A program made the position numbers and the translations under genes. A DNA stretch of 64,000 nt, from the NCBI GenBank assembly GCA_018660465.1, contig JABJKH010000008.1:74398-138397 (forward strand), read 5' to 3'. Below are positions 8,151 to 17,578 of the stretch, one piece after another. The notes beneath the pieces were generated by a model. The model was not told the origin of the DNA, ran no database searches, and worked only from the letters and a program-made list of their open reading frames with translations. The stretch is from Rhodospirillaceae bacterium. GTDB lineage: Bacteria > Pseudomonadota > Alphaproteobacteria > Rhodospirillales > JABJKH01. The stretch's first letter is position 1. Every line of letters starts with the position of its first letter.

Positions 8151-10427
8151 ATGGCTATTTTTGGATCCTTTGCATCAAGCACACTTGCTATGATCTCGCA
8201 GAGTCATGCCTTCAACAACATTAGTACGAACATCGCCAACATTAACACGGGCGGTTACAAAGCGACGGATACACGGTTTGCGACTGTGTTGAGCCGGACG
8301 TTTACCTCTGGTCAAGGCAGCAGCACGCTGTCTGGCGGCACGCCCTCACTGGATTCCGGCATAGGTGGCGTAAGGCCTACGGACATAAATCGCATTAACC
8401 AGCAGGGCAATATTGTTTCGAGCGCACGCGAACTTGACGTTGCCATCAACGGCAAGGGATTCTTTGTTTTAAATGCCAGTCAAGACGGGAGTGGACAAGA
8501 ACTCTTCACCCGCGATGGCTCTTTTGACCTCTCGACTGGTGCTAGTTTCAGCGTAGCGGGAATTCCGTTATCCGATGGATCTGCAGGTTCAGTTACAAGC
8601 AACGAAGGTTTTCTTATCGACAAGAATGGATATTTTGTCCAAGGCCGCAAGGTCGGTTCCGACGGTAAGTTCTCCGACAGCGGCTCGTTACAATCTATTC
8701 GTCTGGATCAATTTGCCTTTGTCGCCGACTTCGTTCCAACCACGGGTGCCGAGTTGGTTCTGAATATTCCTGCGGGTGAAGCGGTAACCCTCCCACAAAC
8801 CGATCAATTTTCTTTATCGGGGAGCTTTGCGGTTGGGGATGTGGTTTCGATCAACGTTAACGGAACAACGGTCTCGACCGCACCAATAGTTGCAACCGAC
8901 ACCTTCCAGACCATTCGTGATAATTTGGTTGCTGCCATAAACGCCAACGCGACAATTGCCGCCGCCGTGACCGCCAGTGCCTCTGCGACCAGCGGCACAG
9001 ACCTTAATATAACCGCTGATCAACTCAGTGTCGGTTTCACCAGTTTTGGGTCGGTCAATTTAACATCTCCGCTTGTTATATCAGGGTCGACGGTCGAACC
9101 CGTGGGTCTGCCGGAAACAGTCTTTAATATTCAAACAATCGATTCTGTCGGGGTTAAACAAACCCCACGGCTAGATTTCGCCAAGACCGCAAACAATACG
9201 TGGGAGGTTCGAACAACCACCACGCGAACACCCGTCAAACAGGTAGATACGATCACCCTTGTCGGCGACGCAGAAGCCGGTGATAAATATAATTTCACCG
9301 TCAATGGGCAAAACATAACGTTTACCGCAACGGGCCTGGAAGGTGATATCAACGCCATCCGAAGCGCCATCGTCACCCAGATTAACGGGGATAACAATTT
9401 TAATAAAACCGTGGTTGCGACCGGCACCGCTAATGCCGGTGAGTTCACTCTATCTGCTGTCACTGCAGGAACCGCATTTGTTGCAACCACTTCAGCCAGT
9501 GACACAGGGACGGCGCAGGTGGATACACTGACTTTAACTGGCGCAGTTGGTGATGTCGGCGATATTTATACTACGACAATTGACGGTAAGATCGTCACCG
9601 TACCAACAGACGGCACAGAAGTCTCTCTGGATGCGATCCGCGACAAAATTGTCGCCGCAATTAATTCAGACCCGATCACGGGCCCCCTTGTGACCGCTGC
9701 CGCAGGTGGTGCTGGGCAATTAACCCTAACGGCTAAGACCACTGGCACCCCCTTTGTAGCAGCGGCGACACTTACGGATGTTGCGCTCGGTGCCGTAAAT
9801 ACCTTTACCCGAGCAGCCACGACGGCCAACAGCCCTGTGGATACGTCGACATTGGTGAATACGACCGCCAACGGAGCGGCATCATTTACATCTGCACCAA
9901 CAACAATTGTCTTTAACGGCGACGGCACACTGCAGACACCAACCACGCTGACCTTACCGCTAACATTTGATGGCGGAGCAACGGCCAACGTCGCCCTGGA
10001 TATCAGTGGTATCACTCAGTTCGAAGGTGCTCTTACGCCTGTATCATTCGAATTTGGCGGGTTTGCTAAATCAGAACTCGCCTCTTTCTTCTTCGAGCCA
10101 GATGGCGTGATCTCCGGTAAGTTTGAAGATGGTACAACCCGACCGTTGTTCAAAGTTCCACTGGCGACTTTCACCAACGCGGACGGCCTTGCCCGGAATA
10201 ACGGCAACACCTTCACTTCAACGGCAGAATCTGGCACAGCCAGGGTCGTTAACGCCGGTGGAGATGGCGTCGCATTGCTGTTGGCCAACTCTCACGAATT
10301 ATCCAATGTAGATCTGGCAGATGAGTTCACCAAAATTATCGTGACCCAAAAGGCCTACAATTCTGCAGCAACCGTGTTTAGAACCGCCGATGAAATCCTT
10401 CAGACGGCGCGCGATCTGAAACGATAA
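8151..10427 (+). CDS. flgE: Flagellar hook protein FlgE (large, with three inserted IN-motif modules)
   Basis: N-terminal ...AMISQSHAFNNISTNIANINTGGYKA and C-terminal ...ELSNVDLADEFTKIIVTQKAYNSAATVFRTADEILQTARDLKR are canonical flagellar axial-protein termini of the FlgE type. I chose the start at ATG 8151 (GGAG 7 nt upstream) rather than the GTG at 8112 used in the ORF track. Confidence 0.85.
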   Translation: MAIFGSFASSTLAMISQSHAFNNISTNIANINTGGYKATDTRFATVLSRTFTSGQGSSTLSGGTPSLDSGIGGVRPTDINRINQQGNIVSSARELDVAINGKGFFVLNASQDGSGQELFTRDGSFDLSTGASFSVAGIPLSDGSAGSVTSNEGFLIDKNGYFVQGRKVGSDGKFSDSGSLQSIRLDQFAFVADFVPTTGAELVLNIPAGEAVTLPQTDQFSLSGSFAVGDVVSINVNGTTVSTAPIVATDTFQTIRDNLVAAINANATIAAAVTASASATSGTDLNITADQLSVGFTSFGSVNLTSPLVISGSTVEPVGLPETVFNIQTIDSVGVKQTPRLDFAKTANNTWEVRTTTTRTPVKQVDTITLVGDAEAGDKYNFTVNGQNITFTATGLEGDINAIRSAIVTQINGDNNFNKTVVATGTANAGEFTLSAVTAGTAFVATTSASDTGTAQVDTLTLTGAVGDVGDIYTTTIDGKIVTVPTDGTEVSLDAIRDKIVAAINSDPITGPLVTAAAGGAGQLTLTAKTTGTPFVAAATLTDVALGAVNTFTRAATTANSPVDTSTLVNTTANGAASFTSAPTTIVFNGDGTLQTPTTLTLPLTFDGGATANVALDISGITQFEGALTPVSFEFGGFAKSELASFFFEPDGVISGKFEDGTTRPLFKVPLATFTNADGLARNNGNTFTSTAESGTARVVNAGGDGVALLLANSHELSNVDLADEFTKIIVTQKAYNSAATVFRTADEILQTARDLKR
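8835..9776 (+). repeat. Three tandem copies of a roughly 70-aa coding repeat ('flagellin hook IN motif' module) inside flgE
   Basis: Copies lie at about 8835-9045, 9279-9500 and 9558-9776. They read GDVVSINVNGTTV...IRDNLVAAINANA..., GDKYNFTVNGQNI...IRSAIVTQINGDN... and GDIYTTTIDGKIV...IRDKIVAAINSDP... Each has the central conserved I-N dipeptide. The repeat is conserved at protein level only. Confidence 0.7.
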
Positions 10428-10447
10428 CCTCCCTTTTCGTCAGTGAA

Positions 10448-10484
10448 TTTACGCCGGATGTATACAACACACATCCGGCGTAAA
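10448..10484 (+). terminator. Strong hairpin downstream of flgE
   Basis: tttACGCCGGATGT-atacaacac-ACATCCGGCGTaaa forms an 11-bp GC-rich stem, extendable to 14 bp. There is no clear T-tract, so it may be a stabiliser or partial terminator. Confidence 0.5.
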
Positions 10485-10633
10485 TCCCTGAAATCACAGC
10501 TAAAATCTTGATCCAAGTGCCACTCGGCAAATTCTACCGCTACCCGGAAACCCGTGCCGCCAATTGGCGGGCCTTGTTGCCGCAACCTAAAAATAAATCA
10601 TTATAAATCAACAACTTAACGGAAATAAGATTT

Positions 10634-10649
10634 TGGCATGAAATTCGCA
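10634..10649 (+). promoter_or_regulatory. Sigma-54 (-24/-12) promoter of the flgI operon
   Basis: TGGCATgaaatTCGCA has correct GG/GC spacing and one mismatch in the -12 element. It is 45 nt upstream of the first in-frame ATG of flgI. Confidence 0.55.
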
Positions 10650-10693
10650 TAAATAGTTACGAAAAATAACGTTCAGAGACTTGGTTAAAAATA

Positions 10694-11881
10694 ATGTTGC
10701 ACCAAACAACGCATAACGGGACCCAAACAATGCTGCTTCGTGAAAATACCGTTTTGGTCAAACTGACCCGAAAAGTTTTCGCTTTTGCCATCTTGGCACT
10801 GTTCCTGACAGCCCTCCCGACAACGTCCGTCGATGCATCCTCACGGATCAAGGACATCGTCGAGTTCGAAGGCGTTCGGGACAATATGTTGGTGGGCTAT
10901 GGCTTGGTTGTAGGTCTCAACGGCACCGGCGATTCATTGGCAGACGGCCACTTCACCAAGCAGAGCCTGAAGGCCATGTTGAACCGGTTGGGCGTTAAGC
11001 CGACCGATTCGGGTTTGGATTCAAAGAACGTCGCAGCTGTGATGGTGACGGCGACCCTTCCTTCTTTCTCCCGTCGCGGTTCGCGGATCGATGTCACGGT
11101 TAGTTCGCTCGGCGATTCCAGCAGCCTGCTGGGCGGCACCCTCCTGGTTACACCTGTTTTGGGTGCGGACGGAGAAGTCTACGCCGTCGCTCAAGGTCAA
11201 CTGGCCGTCGGTGGATTTACCGCAGCAGGGGCCGCAGAGTCGGTAACCAAGGGTGTTCCGACCAGCGCACGTATCGCCAATGGCGGCATTGTTGAACGCG
11301 AAGTCAAATACAACATGACGGGGATGAAAACGATTAAGATCAGCCTCCGTAATCCGGATTTCACCACGGCCCGTCGGGTGTCCCAGGCAATCAACGCTTT
11401 CTTGGGCACAATGGCAGCGCGGCCCAGTGATCCCACCACGGTTCATCTGAGGGTGCCGAAAAGTTACAAAAACAACGTCGTTAACCTGATCACCGATGTC
11501 GAACAGCTGCGTGTCACTCCAGATCAATTGGCCCGCATCGTCATTGATGAGCAATCCGGTACCATCGTGATGGGTGAAAATGTACGGATCAGCACCGTCG
11601 CCATCGCGCAAGGCAGTCTTACTATTCGCATTACTGAGGCACAGCAGGTATCTCAACCTGGTCCCTTTGCCGAAGCCGGCACCACCGAAGTTGTCGACCG
11701 CACCGACATTCAAGTAGATGAAGGTGGCGACCGCAGGCTGACAGTCTTTCAAACTGGCGTCACAATTCAAGAGTTGGTTAAAGGCTTAAACGCGCTGGGC
11801 ATCGGGCCTCGCGATATGATCACAATCTTGCAAGCGGTCAAAGTGGCCGGTGCGTTGCAAGCTGAAATTGAGGTGATGTAA
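10694..11881 (+). CDS. flgI: Flagellar P-ring protein FlgI
   Basis: A signal peptide is followed by SSRIKDIVEFEGVRDNMLVGYGLVVGLNGTGD..., and the C-terminus reads ...LQAVKVAGALQAEIEVM. Both are classic FlgI. The true start may be the second Met at 10730. Confidence 0.9.
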   Translation: MLHQTTHNGTQTMLLRENTVLVKLTRKVFAFAILALFLTALPTTSVDASSRIKDIVEFEGVRDNMLVGYGLVVGLNGTGDSLADGHFTKQSLKAMLNRLGVKPTDSGLDSKNVAAVMVTATLPSFSRRGSRIDVTVSSLGDSSSLLGGTLLVTPVLGADGEVYAVAQGQLAVGGFTAAGAAESVTKGVPTSARIANGGIVEREVKYNMTGMKTIKISLRNPDFTTARRVSQAINAFLGTMAARPSDPTTVHLRVPKSYKNNVVNLITDVEQLRVTPDQLARIVIDEQSGTIVMGENVRISTVAIAQGSLTIRITEAQQVSQPGPFAEAGTTEVVDRTDIQVDEGGDRRLTVFQTGVTIQELVKGLNALGIGPRDMITILQAVKVAGALQAEIEVM

Positions 11882-12198
11882 TGGCTGACCCAATGAGCAC
11901 AGGCCAAGCCTATTTGGCGACCCAGAGTGGACGGGCGTTACCCAATACGAAGGGCATCGTTGATCCTAAGCAGGCACGCGAGACGGCCCAGGAATTTGAA
12001 GCCGTGTTCCTGAGCCAGATGCTTAAACCCATGTTCGAAAGCGTCAAGATTGATCCGCCCTTCGGTGGTGGCATGGGCGAAGACATGTGGCGTTCGATGC
12101 AGGTCGATGAATACGGCAAAGCAATTGCACGCGCCGGCGGCATCGGAATCGCCGACGCAGTTTTCCGCGAAATGATCAAACAACAAGAGGCACACTAG
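11881..12198 (+). CDS. Flagellar rod-binding protein (FlgJ N-terminal domain / CheL-like)
   Basis: 105 aa with ...AQEFEAVFLSQMLKPMFES...FGGGMGEDMWRSM...IARAGGIGIAD, a rod-binding-domain pattern. The start overlaps the flgI stop (TAATG). Gene order matches the Caulobacter flgI-cheL-flbY operon. Confidence 0.75.
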   Translation: MADPMSTGQAYLATQSGRALPNTKGIVDPKQARETAQEFEAVFLSQMLKPMFESVKIDPPFGGGMGEDMWRSMQVDEYGKAIARAGGIGIADAVFREMIKQQEAH

Positions 12199-12200
12199 TC

Positions 12201-12644
12201 ATGGACTCAACAAAAAGAATTATGGACCTAATCAATATCACCAGTGAACTGGTGGACATTTTGGTTGAAGAAAATGAAGCGTTGAAAGAATTCCGACTCC
12301 ATGAGATCGGTGATTTGATCAAGGATAAGGTCACCGTCAGCCGGGCCTATGAAGCCCATGTGCACGAACTAATCTCCAATCCGGCCATTCTGACGGAAGT
12401 TGATATTGACTTACATGAGAAACTTCGCGGGCTGGGCGATAAGGCAAACCAATTCATGGGTGAAAACGCCCGACTTCTTAAAGCCGCGATCAACGGCAAT
12501 AAGCAGGTTATGAAACTGGTCTCTGATGCAGTGAAGAAAGCAAAGGCCGGTGCTGGAACCTATTCTCCTTTGGGAGAATCGACGACCGGCAAAACTCAAT
12601 CGGCGCCGAAACGGATCGCCGTATCAGTTGATCAGTCTCTTTAG
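12201..12644 (+). CDS. FlgN/FlbY-like flagellar protein
   Basis: 147-aa predicted helical protein occupying the FlbY/FlgN position between the rod-binding protein and flgK. Assignment rests on context and general character only. Confidence 0.45.
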   Translation: MDSTKRIMDLINITSELVDILVEENEALKEFRLHEIGDLIKDKVTVSRAYEAHVHELISNPAILTEVDIDLHEKLRGLGDKANQFMGENARLLKAAINGNKQVMKLVSDAVKKAKAGAGTYSPLGESTTGKTQSAPKRIAVSVDQSL

Positions 12645-12675
12645 GTTTTTTTGAGCTCGAATAAGGCAAAATACC

Positions 12676-15174
12676 ATGGCCACAATCGGTGATCTTACCC
12701 TCTCACTTCGCTCCGCCGCCAGCGGACTGCTTGTAAACCAAGCGGCGTTGAACACGATTTCGAACAACGTTGCGAACGTGAATACGGAAGGGTACTCCCG
12801 CAAAATCATCAATCTCGAAAGCCGTGCTGTGGACGGCGTTGGTGTTGGTGTTCAACTGTCCCAAGTCACGCGTTCTGTCGATGAAGGCTTGCTCAAGAGC
12901 TTCCGATTGGAATCGAGCACACTCGGCGACTTGGCGGTCCAAGAAGACTTTTTTGCCCGAATTCAGGAACTGTTTGGCGAACCCGCCGACAACACATCAA
13001 TCTCGCACCTGTTCAACGAATTTAACGTGGCGCTGGAGAGCTTATCGACCCAGGCCAATGGGACAATTGAACAAAGTGAGCTTGTGCGTCGTAGCGAAGA
13101 TTTGACATCCAAATTACGCACGATGACCGATACCATACAGGAATTACGTCAACAGGCCGATCAGCAAATCGGCGATATCGTCACCGAAATTAATACGGTT
13201 TCAACAAGCATCGCCAATATTAACGACACCCTTGTTCGCACTCAAACAGCGAACAATGACCCGTCCGACTTACAGGACAAGCGCGATTCCGAAATCAACC
13301 GGATGGCGGAGTTAATTGACATCCGGTTTTTCAAGCGTGATGACGGCGACATTGTCGTCTTTACATCCAGCGGTCGAACGCTGGTTGATAGTGTCCCTGG
13401 AGTCCTGAGCCATAATTCTGCCAGCACCACATCCCCGACAGTGACCGCTGCCGAAGGTGGAATTGATGGCATCTTTATCGGCACGCGAATTGCGGGGAAT
13501 GATCTTACTGACGAAATCCGCGGCGGCGAACTTAAAGGGCTGATTGATATCCGGGATACTGTCCTTGTAACCCTGCAATCAGAAATTGATGAATTATCAG
13601 CAGAGCTTCGCGATGTCTTCAACCAAATTCATAACCAGGGCACCGCCTTCCCCGGACTCCAGTCGACGACTGGCACCCGGAATTTTGTCGATTCATCGAC
13701 ACAGACAATTAAGTTCACTGGCAACGAAGATACAACGCTGACCCTGTTCGATAGCTTGGGGAATCAGACAGATACAACCACCATACGGACGTTGCTGACG
13801 ACGGCAGGCCCTCACACCATTGATGCTGTCGCAACAGCCCTGCAGACCTATCTTCAAGCGAATGGTGCGCCGCAGGCGACAGCTGCCGTTACGAATGGCA
13901 AGTTTGCGATTAACCTCAACAATTCAAATTTGAGTTTTTCTTTCCGAGACGAAACCGCAACCACAGTTGGAAGCACCGTTCAGGATGCGAGCATTGGTTT
14001 CGATGAAGGCGGTGGACTAACGAAAATTACGATTGGCGGCACGTATGAGGATGCAGATGCGGTCGATATCGTCATCAACGGAACCACAATTTCTGTAACC
14101 TCCATAGCAGGTAACTCGACAATCGCAGATTTCCGAAGCCAAATTGTTACAGCGATTAATGCGAGTGCTGTCGGTACCGGCGCCACCCAGGTTGTCACGG
14201 CCACGGCCGGTTCTGGAATTGGAGAGATTATCCTTACCCAGGACAAAGTCGGTACGGATGAGACTGGTGCCCTATTTACCGCAACGGCAAGTGTCACGGC
14301 GACCAATGCCGACACAACGAATACCGTCACTGTAGACGGCATCGATAAAACCATTAGCGGCTTTTCTAACTTCTTTGGCTTCAACGATTACTTTGTCGAT
14401 AATTTGCCCGACAATATTTATGAATCGAATGTGCTGGCTAGCGGGTTCGCGGTGTCCGCAGCCGGTTTGCGGTTTAGTGACGATACTGGCCTTTTAAGTG
14501 GAAGCCCGGTGACTGTCGTGCAGGGGACAAGCCTCAAGGATCTCGCTACTCAAATAACAAACAGCGTAACCAATGTAACGGCATCGGTGATACCAGACGG
14601 CGACGGTGTGCGCCTGCGAATTGCCCATGATCAGGGCAAGAGTCTAGTCGTAACCGATAACATTGCGACCCCAGATACCATCCTAACGGACATTGGGCTG
14701 CATGTCGGCGATGTCAGAGTTTCCAGCGTTATCGAAGTTCGCGCTGATATTATTCAAAACCCCTCAAGGATTGCGACGGCTGCCATGCAGTTCAATTCTG
14801 CCATTGGCGCTAATGGTGAGTACTTCTTAGGGTCCGGCGATGATACAACCATCATCGCCCTTGCCGACAAACTGGCAGCAACCAACCAATTCGAACAGGC
14901 GGGCAAACTAGGTGCCATTACTGCAACGTTTGGAGAGTTTGCAAACTCAATCCTCGTTGAAGCTGCCAACCAATCAGGATCGAACCTTCGGAACTTGGAG
15001 TTTCAACGCTCTGTTACGCAAAACCTGAAGGTAAAATCTGACAATATTAAGGGCGTCAACTTGGATGAGGAACTCGCGCAACTTATCCTTTTTGAACAAG
15101 CATTTAACGCCGCGGCCAGAGTTATCAGTGTCATTCAAGAAATGATCGATACTCTGGACCGGGCTGTACAGTAG
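12676..15174 (+). CDS. flgK: Flagellar hook-associated protein 1 FlgK (large, with one IN-motif module)
   Basis: N-terminal ...LRSAASGLLVNQAALNTISNNVANVNTEGYSRK and C-terminal ...GVNLDEELAQLILFEQAFNAAARVISVIQEMIDTL are canonical FlgK. The IN-motif module lies at about 14035-14295 (...VDIVINGTTISV...FRSQIVTAINASA...). Confidence 0.9.
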   Translation: MATIGDLTLSLRSAASGLLVNQAALNTISNNVANVNTEGYSRKIINLESRAVDGVGVGVQLSQVTRSVDEGLLKSFRLESSTLGDLAVQEDFFARIQELFGEPADNTSISHLFNEFNVALESLSTQANGTIEQSELVRRSEDLTSKLRTMTDTIQELRQQADQQIGDIVTEINTVSTSIANINDTLVRTQTANNDPSDLQDKRDSEINRMAELIDIRFFKRDDGDIVVFTSSGRTLVDSVPGVLSHNSASTTSPTVTAAEGGIDGIFIGTRIAGNDLTDEIRGGELKGLIDIRDTVLVTLQSEIDELSAELRDVFNQIHNQGTAFPGLQSTTGTRNFVDSSTQTIKFTGNEDTTLTLFDSLGNQTDTTTIRTLLTTAGPHTIDAVATALQTYLQANGAPQATAAVTNGKFAINLNNSNLSFSFRDETATTVGSTVQDASIGFDEGGGLTKITIGGTYEDADAVDIVINGTTISVTSIAGNSTIADFRSQIVTAINASAVGTGATQVVTATAGSGIGEIILTQDKVGTDETGALFTATASVTATNADTTNTVTVDGIDKTISGFSNFFGFNDYFVDNLPDNIYESNVLASGFAVSAAGLRFSDDTGLLSGSPVTVVQGTSLKDLATQITNSVTNVTASVIPDGDGVRLRIAHDQGKSLVVTDNIATPDTILTDIGLHVGDVRVSSVIEVRADIIQNPSRIATAAMQFNSAIGANGEYFLGSGDDTTIIALADKLAATNQFEQAGKLGAITATFGEFANSILVEAANQSGSNLRNLEFQRSVTQNLKVKSDNIKGVNLDEELAQLILFEQAFNAAARVISVIQEMIDTLDRAVQ

Positions 15175-15184
15175 TGAGGGCATC

Positions 15185-17350
15185 ATGGGCCGCATCGCAA
15201 GCTTAGCCACAAGTAATCTGCTGATTAACCAGCTTTTAGCAACGCAAAAGCGAATCACAGAAACCTCGTTCCAGGTTAATACGGAAAAGGTATCCCGGGA
15301 TTATACAGGACTTGATAAAGTCGCCGAACGGTTGATCAACTTTGAGACGCTCAGCAACTCGTTAGAAAGTTTCATTTCAGGAAATGAGCAGGTGGAAACA
15401 CGGCTTGATACAATTAATGCCTCTATTGAGGGAGCGAGAGACACGCTCTTGGAATTCCGCAACGCCTTGGTCGACTTCAACACCTTTGGCGGCAACCAAG
15501 AGCAACAAGTCAGAGACATCCAAGATATTGCCTTTAAGTCATTACAAACATTACAAAGTTTCCTAAATACCAGCGTCAACGGAAATTTTCAATTTGGTGG
15601 TACCCGCGCAGATGTCGCCCCAATTAACATTGGATCGAGCACATTGACGGACTACCAAAACAGGTTTGACGGGCAGCGCGTGACCTATCCGACGACCCGA
15701 GAGGCGCAACTTGCTCAGTTTACAATCAATAAAGACGTCGCTGACGAAAAAACCAATTTTCTAACTTTCCAAAGAGACGACGGCACCACGCCACCGGTCG
15801 GGCGTATTACGGCGACGGGTACAAATAACTTTGCGAATGTCAAAGTTGGCACGACGATAGTGGTAACCGGCACGGGAAACAGCGGCCTGAATGACGGCAC
15901 CTATACGGTCAAGGGCATCGATTCGACCAATGGTCAGTTTATCACGGTTGAAACGACAATGCTTACCGATGAGGCGGCAGGAGGCAGCGTAACCCTGACA
16001 TTACCGGATGGGTCTACAGTTCAATCATCGTCAATAACCTTTAATCGTGCAAATGATACGATTACTTCAAGTGTACTTGGCGAACTTGCGTCCATTCCGG
16101 TAGGGACGACCATTACAGTGAGCGATACAACCAATAACAACGGAAGATTTACGGTTGAGGCTAACACTGGCGCGGTCATCACGATCGCGGACCAGAAACT
16201 CACCGACCAGGGCACGGTCGCCGCACCGCTTCTCAGCTTTACCAATGCTGGCACGGTGACGTTTACGAACAATACAGCCCCTACAAAGGACACCATCGGG
16301 TCCGGCGTTCCGGGTTCATTCAGCGAACTACGCGCTGGCATGAAAGTGGTTATTGCCAGCGCGACGGCTGGCGCAAACAACCAAACAGTTACGGTGTCTT
16401 CCGTTAGTGCTGACGGCAGTACAATTACGGTTGATGAAAATGTTACGGCCGCCGCAGACGTAGCTGCCCTAACCATGACGACCCAGCAAACCGGTGGAAC
16501 GATCACGGCCTTGCCCTTTTTCAGTGGTGATACCCGTGCCACCACCCACAGAGTCAGCGATCGCCAGAGCTTCGAAGTGGATATCACTGCAGCAGACCCG
16601 GCTTTTGAAAAAGCCTTCCGCGCGATGTCTCTTATCGCCCAAGGTCAGTTCGGTACGGCGGGTGGTTTGGATCAGAATACCGAGCGTGTCGGCCAATCCC
16701 TCTTTCTCCTCGCCAGTGCGCTCGACAACAGTTCCAACGCAAATGTGACCGCAGTTGCGCAGGTAAACACAGTTGATTTCACGGCTGCTACCCTGGGCAC
16801 GACGGGCGACACACATACGGTGACCATTAATACGGTGCCGGCGGGAACCGCTGTTGCCGTAACTGTTCCCGGTGGTGGAACGTTAACTGCAATTACGGCT
16901 GCCATGACCACAGCTATCAACAATAACGCCTCGGTTAACAGTCTGGTAAAGGCGACGGCGAATGGCACAGTCTTGACTTTGACGGCGGCAACACCTGGTG
17001 TTGGCTTCTCATCCTCTTCATCGACCAACCTAGCGACTGCTGCGGTTGATAGTGTGACTACCACGAACGTCGCATCGTTGACTGTGGGCTCGCCGCCATT
17101 CGGCGCAGAACAAGTCAGCAACCTTGAACAACTGCAACGCGCCGTTGGTTTTGATCAGGTGCTTCTGGATCGGGTTAACCAAGGCCATGAGACGCTTAAA
17201 GGTTTCATCGATGTACGCATTTCATCGTTTGAGAACATTAATCAAGCAGACGCAATCACGCGACTATTAGACGATTCACGAGCCCTTGAAGTTTCTTTCC
17301 AGGTGCTCGGGCGGGTTCGTGATTTATCGCTGGCTAACTTCCTCCGTTAG
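15185..17350 (+). CDS. flgL: Flagellar hook-associated protein 3 FlgL (unusually large, 721 aa)
   Basis: Flagellin-family termini are present: N-terminal ...TSNLLINQLLATQKRITETSFQVNTEKVSRDY and C-terminal ...ITRLLDDSRALEVSFQVLGRVRDLSLANFLR. The gene sits directly after flgK. It contains a 3x internal repeat (15830-16453) and one IN-motif module (16805-17011). Confidence 0.8.
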   Translation: MGRIASLATSNLLINQLLATQKRITETSFQVNTEKVSRDYTGLDKVAERLINFETLSNSLESFISGNEQVETRLDTINASIEGARDTLLEFRNALVDFNTFGGNQEQQVRDIQDIAFKSLQTLQSFLNTSVNGNFQFGGTRADVAPINIGSSTLTDYQNRFDGQRVTYPTTREAQLAQFTINKDVADEKTNFLTFQRDDGTTPPVGRITATGTNNFANVKVGTTIVVTGTGNSGLNDGTYTVKGIDSTNGQFITVETTMLTDEAAGGSVTLTLPDGSTVQSSSITFNRANDTITSSVLGELASIPVGTTITVSDTTNNNGRFTVEANTGAVITIADQKLTDQGTVAAPLLSFTNAGTVTFTNNTAPTKDTIGSGVPGSFSELRAGMKVVIASATAGANNQTVTVSSVSADGSTITVDENVTAAADVAALTMTTQQTGGTITALPFFSGDTRATTHRVSDRQSFEVDITAADPAFEKAFRAMSLIAQGQFGTAGGLDQNTERVGQSLFLLASALDNSSNANVTAVAQVNTVDFTAATLGTTGDTHTVTINTVPAGTAVAVTVPGGGTLTAITAAMTTAINNNASVNSLVKATANGTVLTLTAATPGVGFSSSSSTNLATAAVDSVTTTNVASLTVGSPPFGAEQVSNLEQLQRAVGFDQVLLDRVNQGHETLKGFIDVRISSFENINQADAITRLLDDSRALEVSFQVLGRVRDLSLANFLR

Positions 17351-17578
17351 GTATTTGTTTACGACATTTAGTGCACAATCATACCAATGTGCTGCTTAGA
17401 ATAAGCAACCATCCACAAAACAATGGGAAGAACAGAGGACTCAACAATAACACCCCCGAAATGGCATTCTTGCGGGCAGAATTGAATTCCCCTAGAATGG
17501 TCCAAAGACAGTAATTTCTGTCGCTGGCACCCATAAGGTTATAGGTTGAGAACGCCTCAGAGCCAAATTGGAGAAACC

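Noticed and set aside
9131-10288. Several 90-150-aa minus-strand ORFs inside flgE. Similar cases occur inside flgK (13242-13622, 13980-14384) and flgL (16021-16587, 16672-17121).
   Set aside because: The Thr/Ala/Val/Gly-rich repeat coding (ACN/GCN/GTN codons) keeps the reverse frames open. Their translations are low-complexity mirror images of the real proteins.
11021-11770. 249-aa ORF on the minus strand
   Set aside because: It lies entirely antisense to flgI, whose product has unmistakable P-ring motifs. The antisense translation is Arg/Gly/Cys-rich junk with no recognisable domain.
17525-17540. TGGCACccataAGGT upstream of flaF as a sigma-54 promoter
   Set aside because: The -24 element is perfect, but the -12 element lacks the essential GC dinucleotide at the correct spacing.
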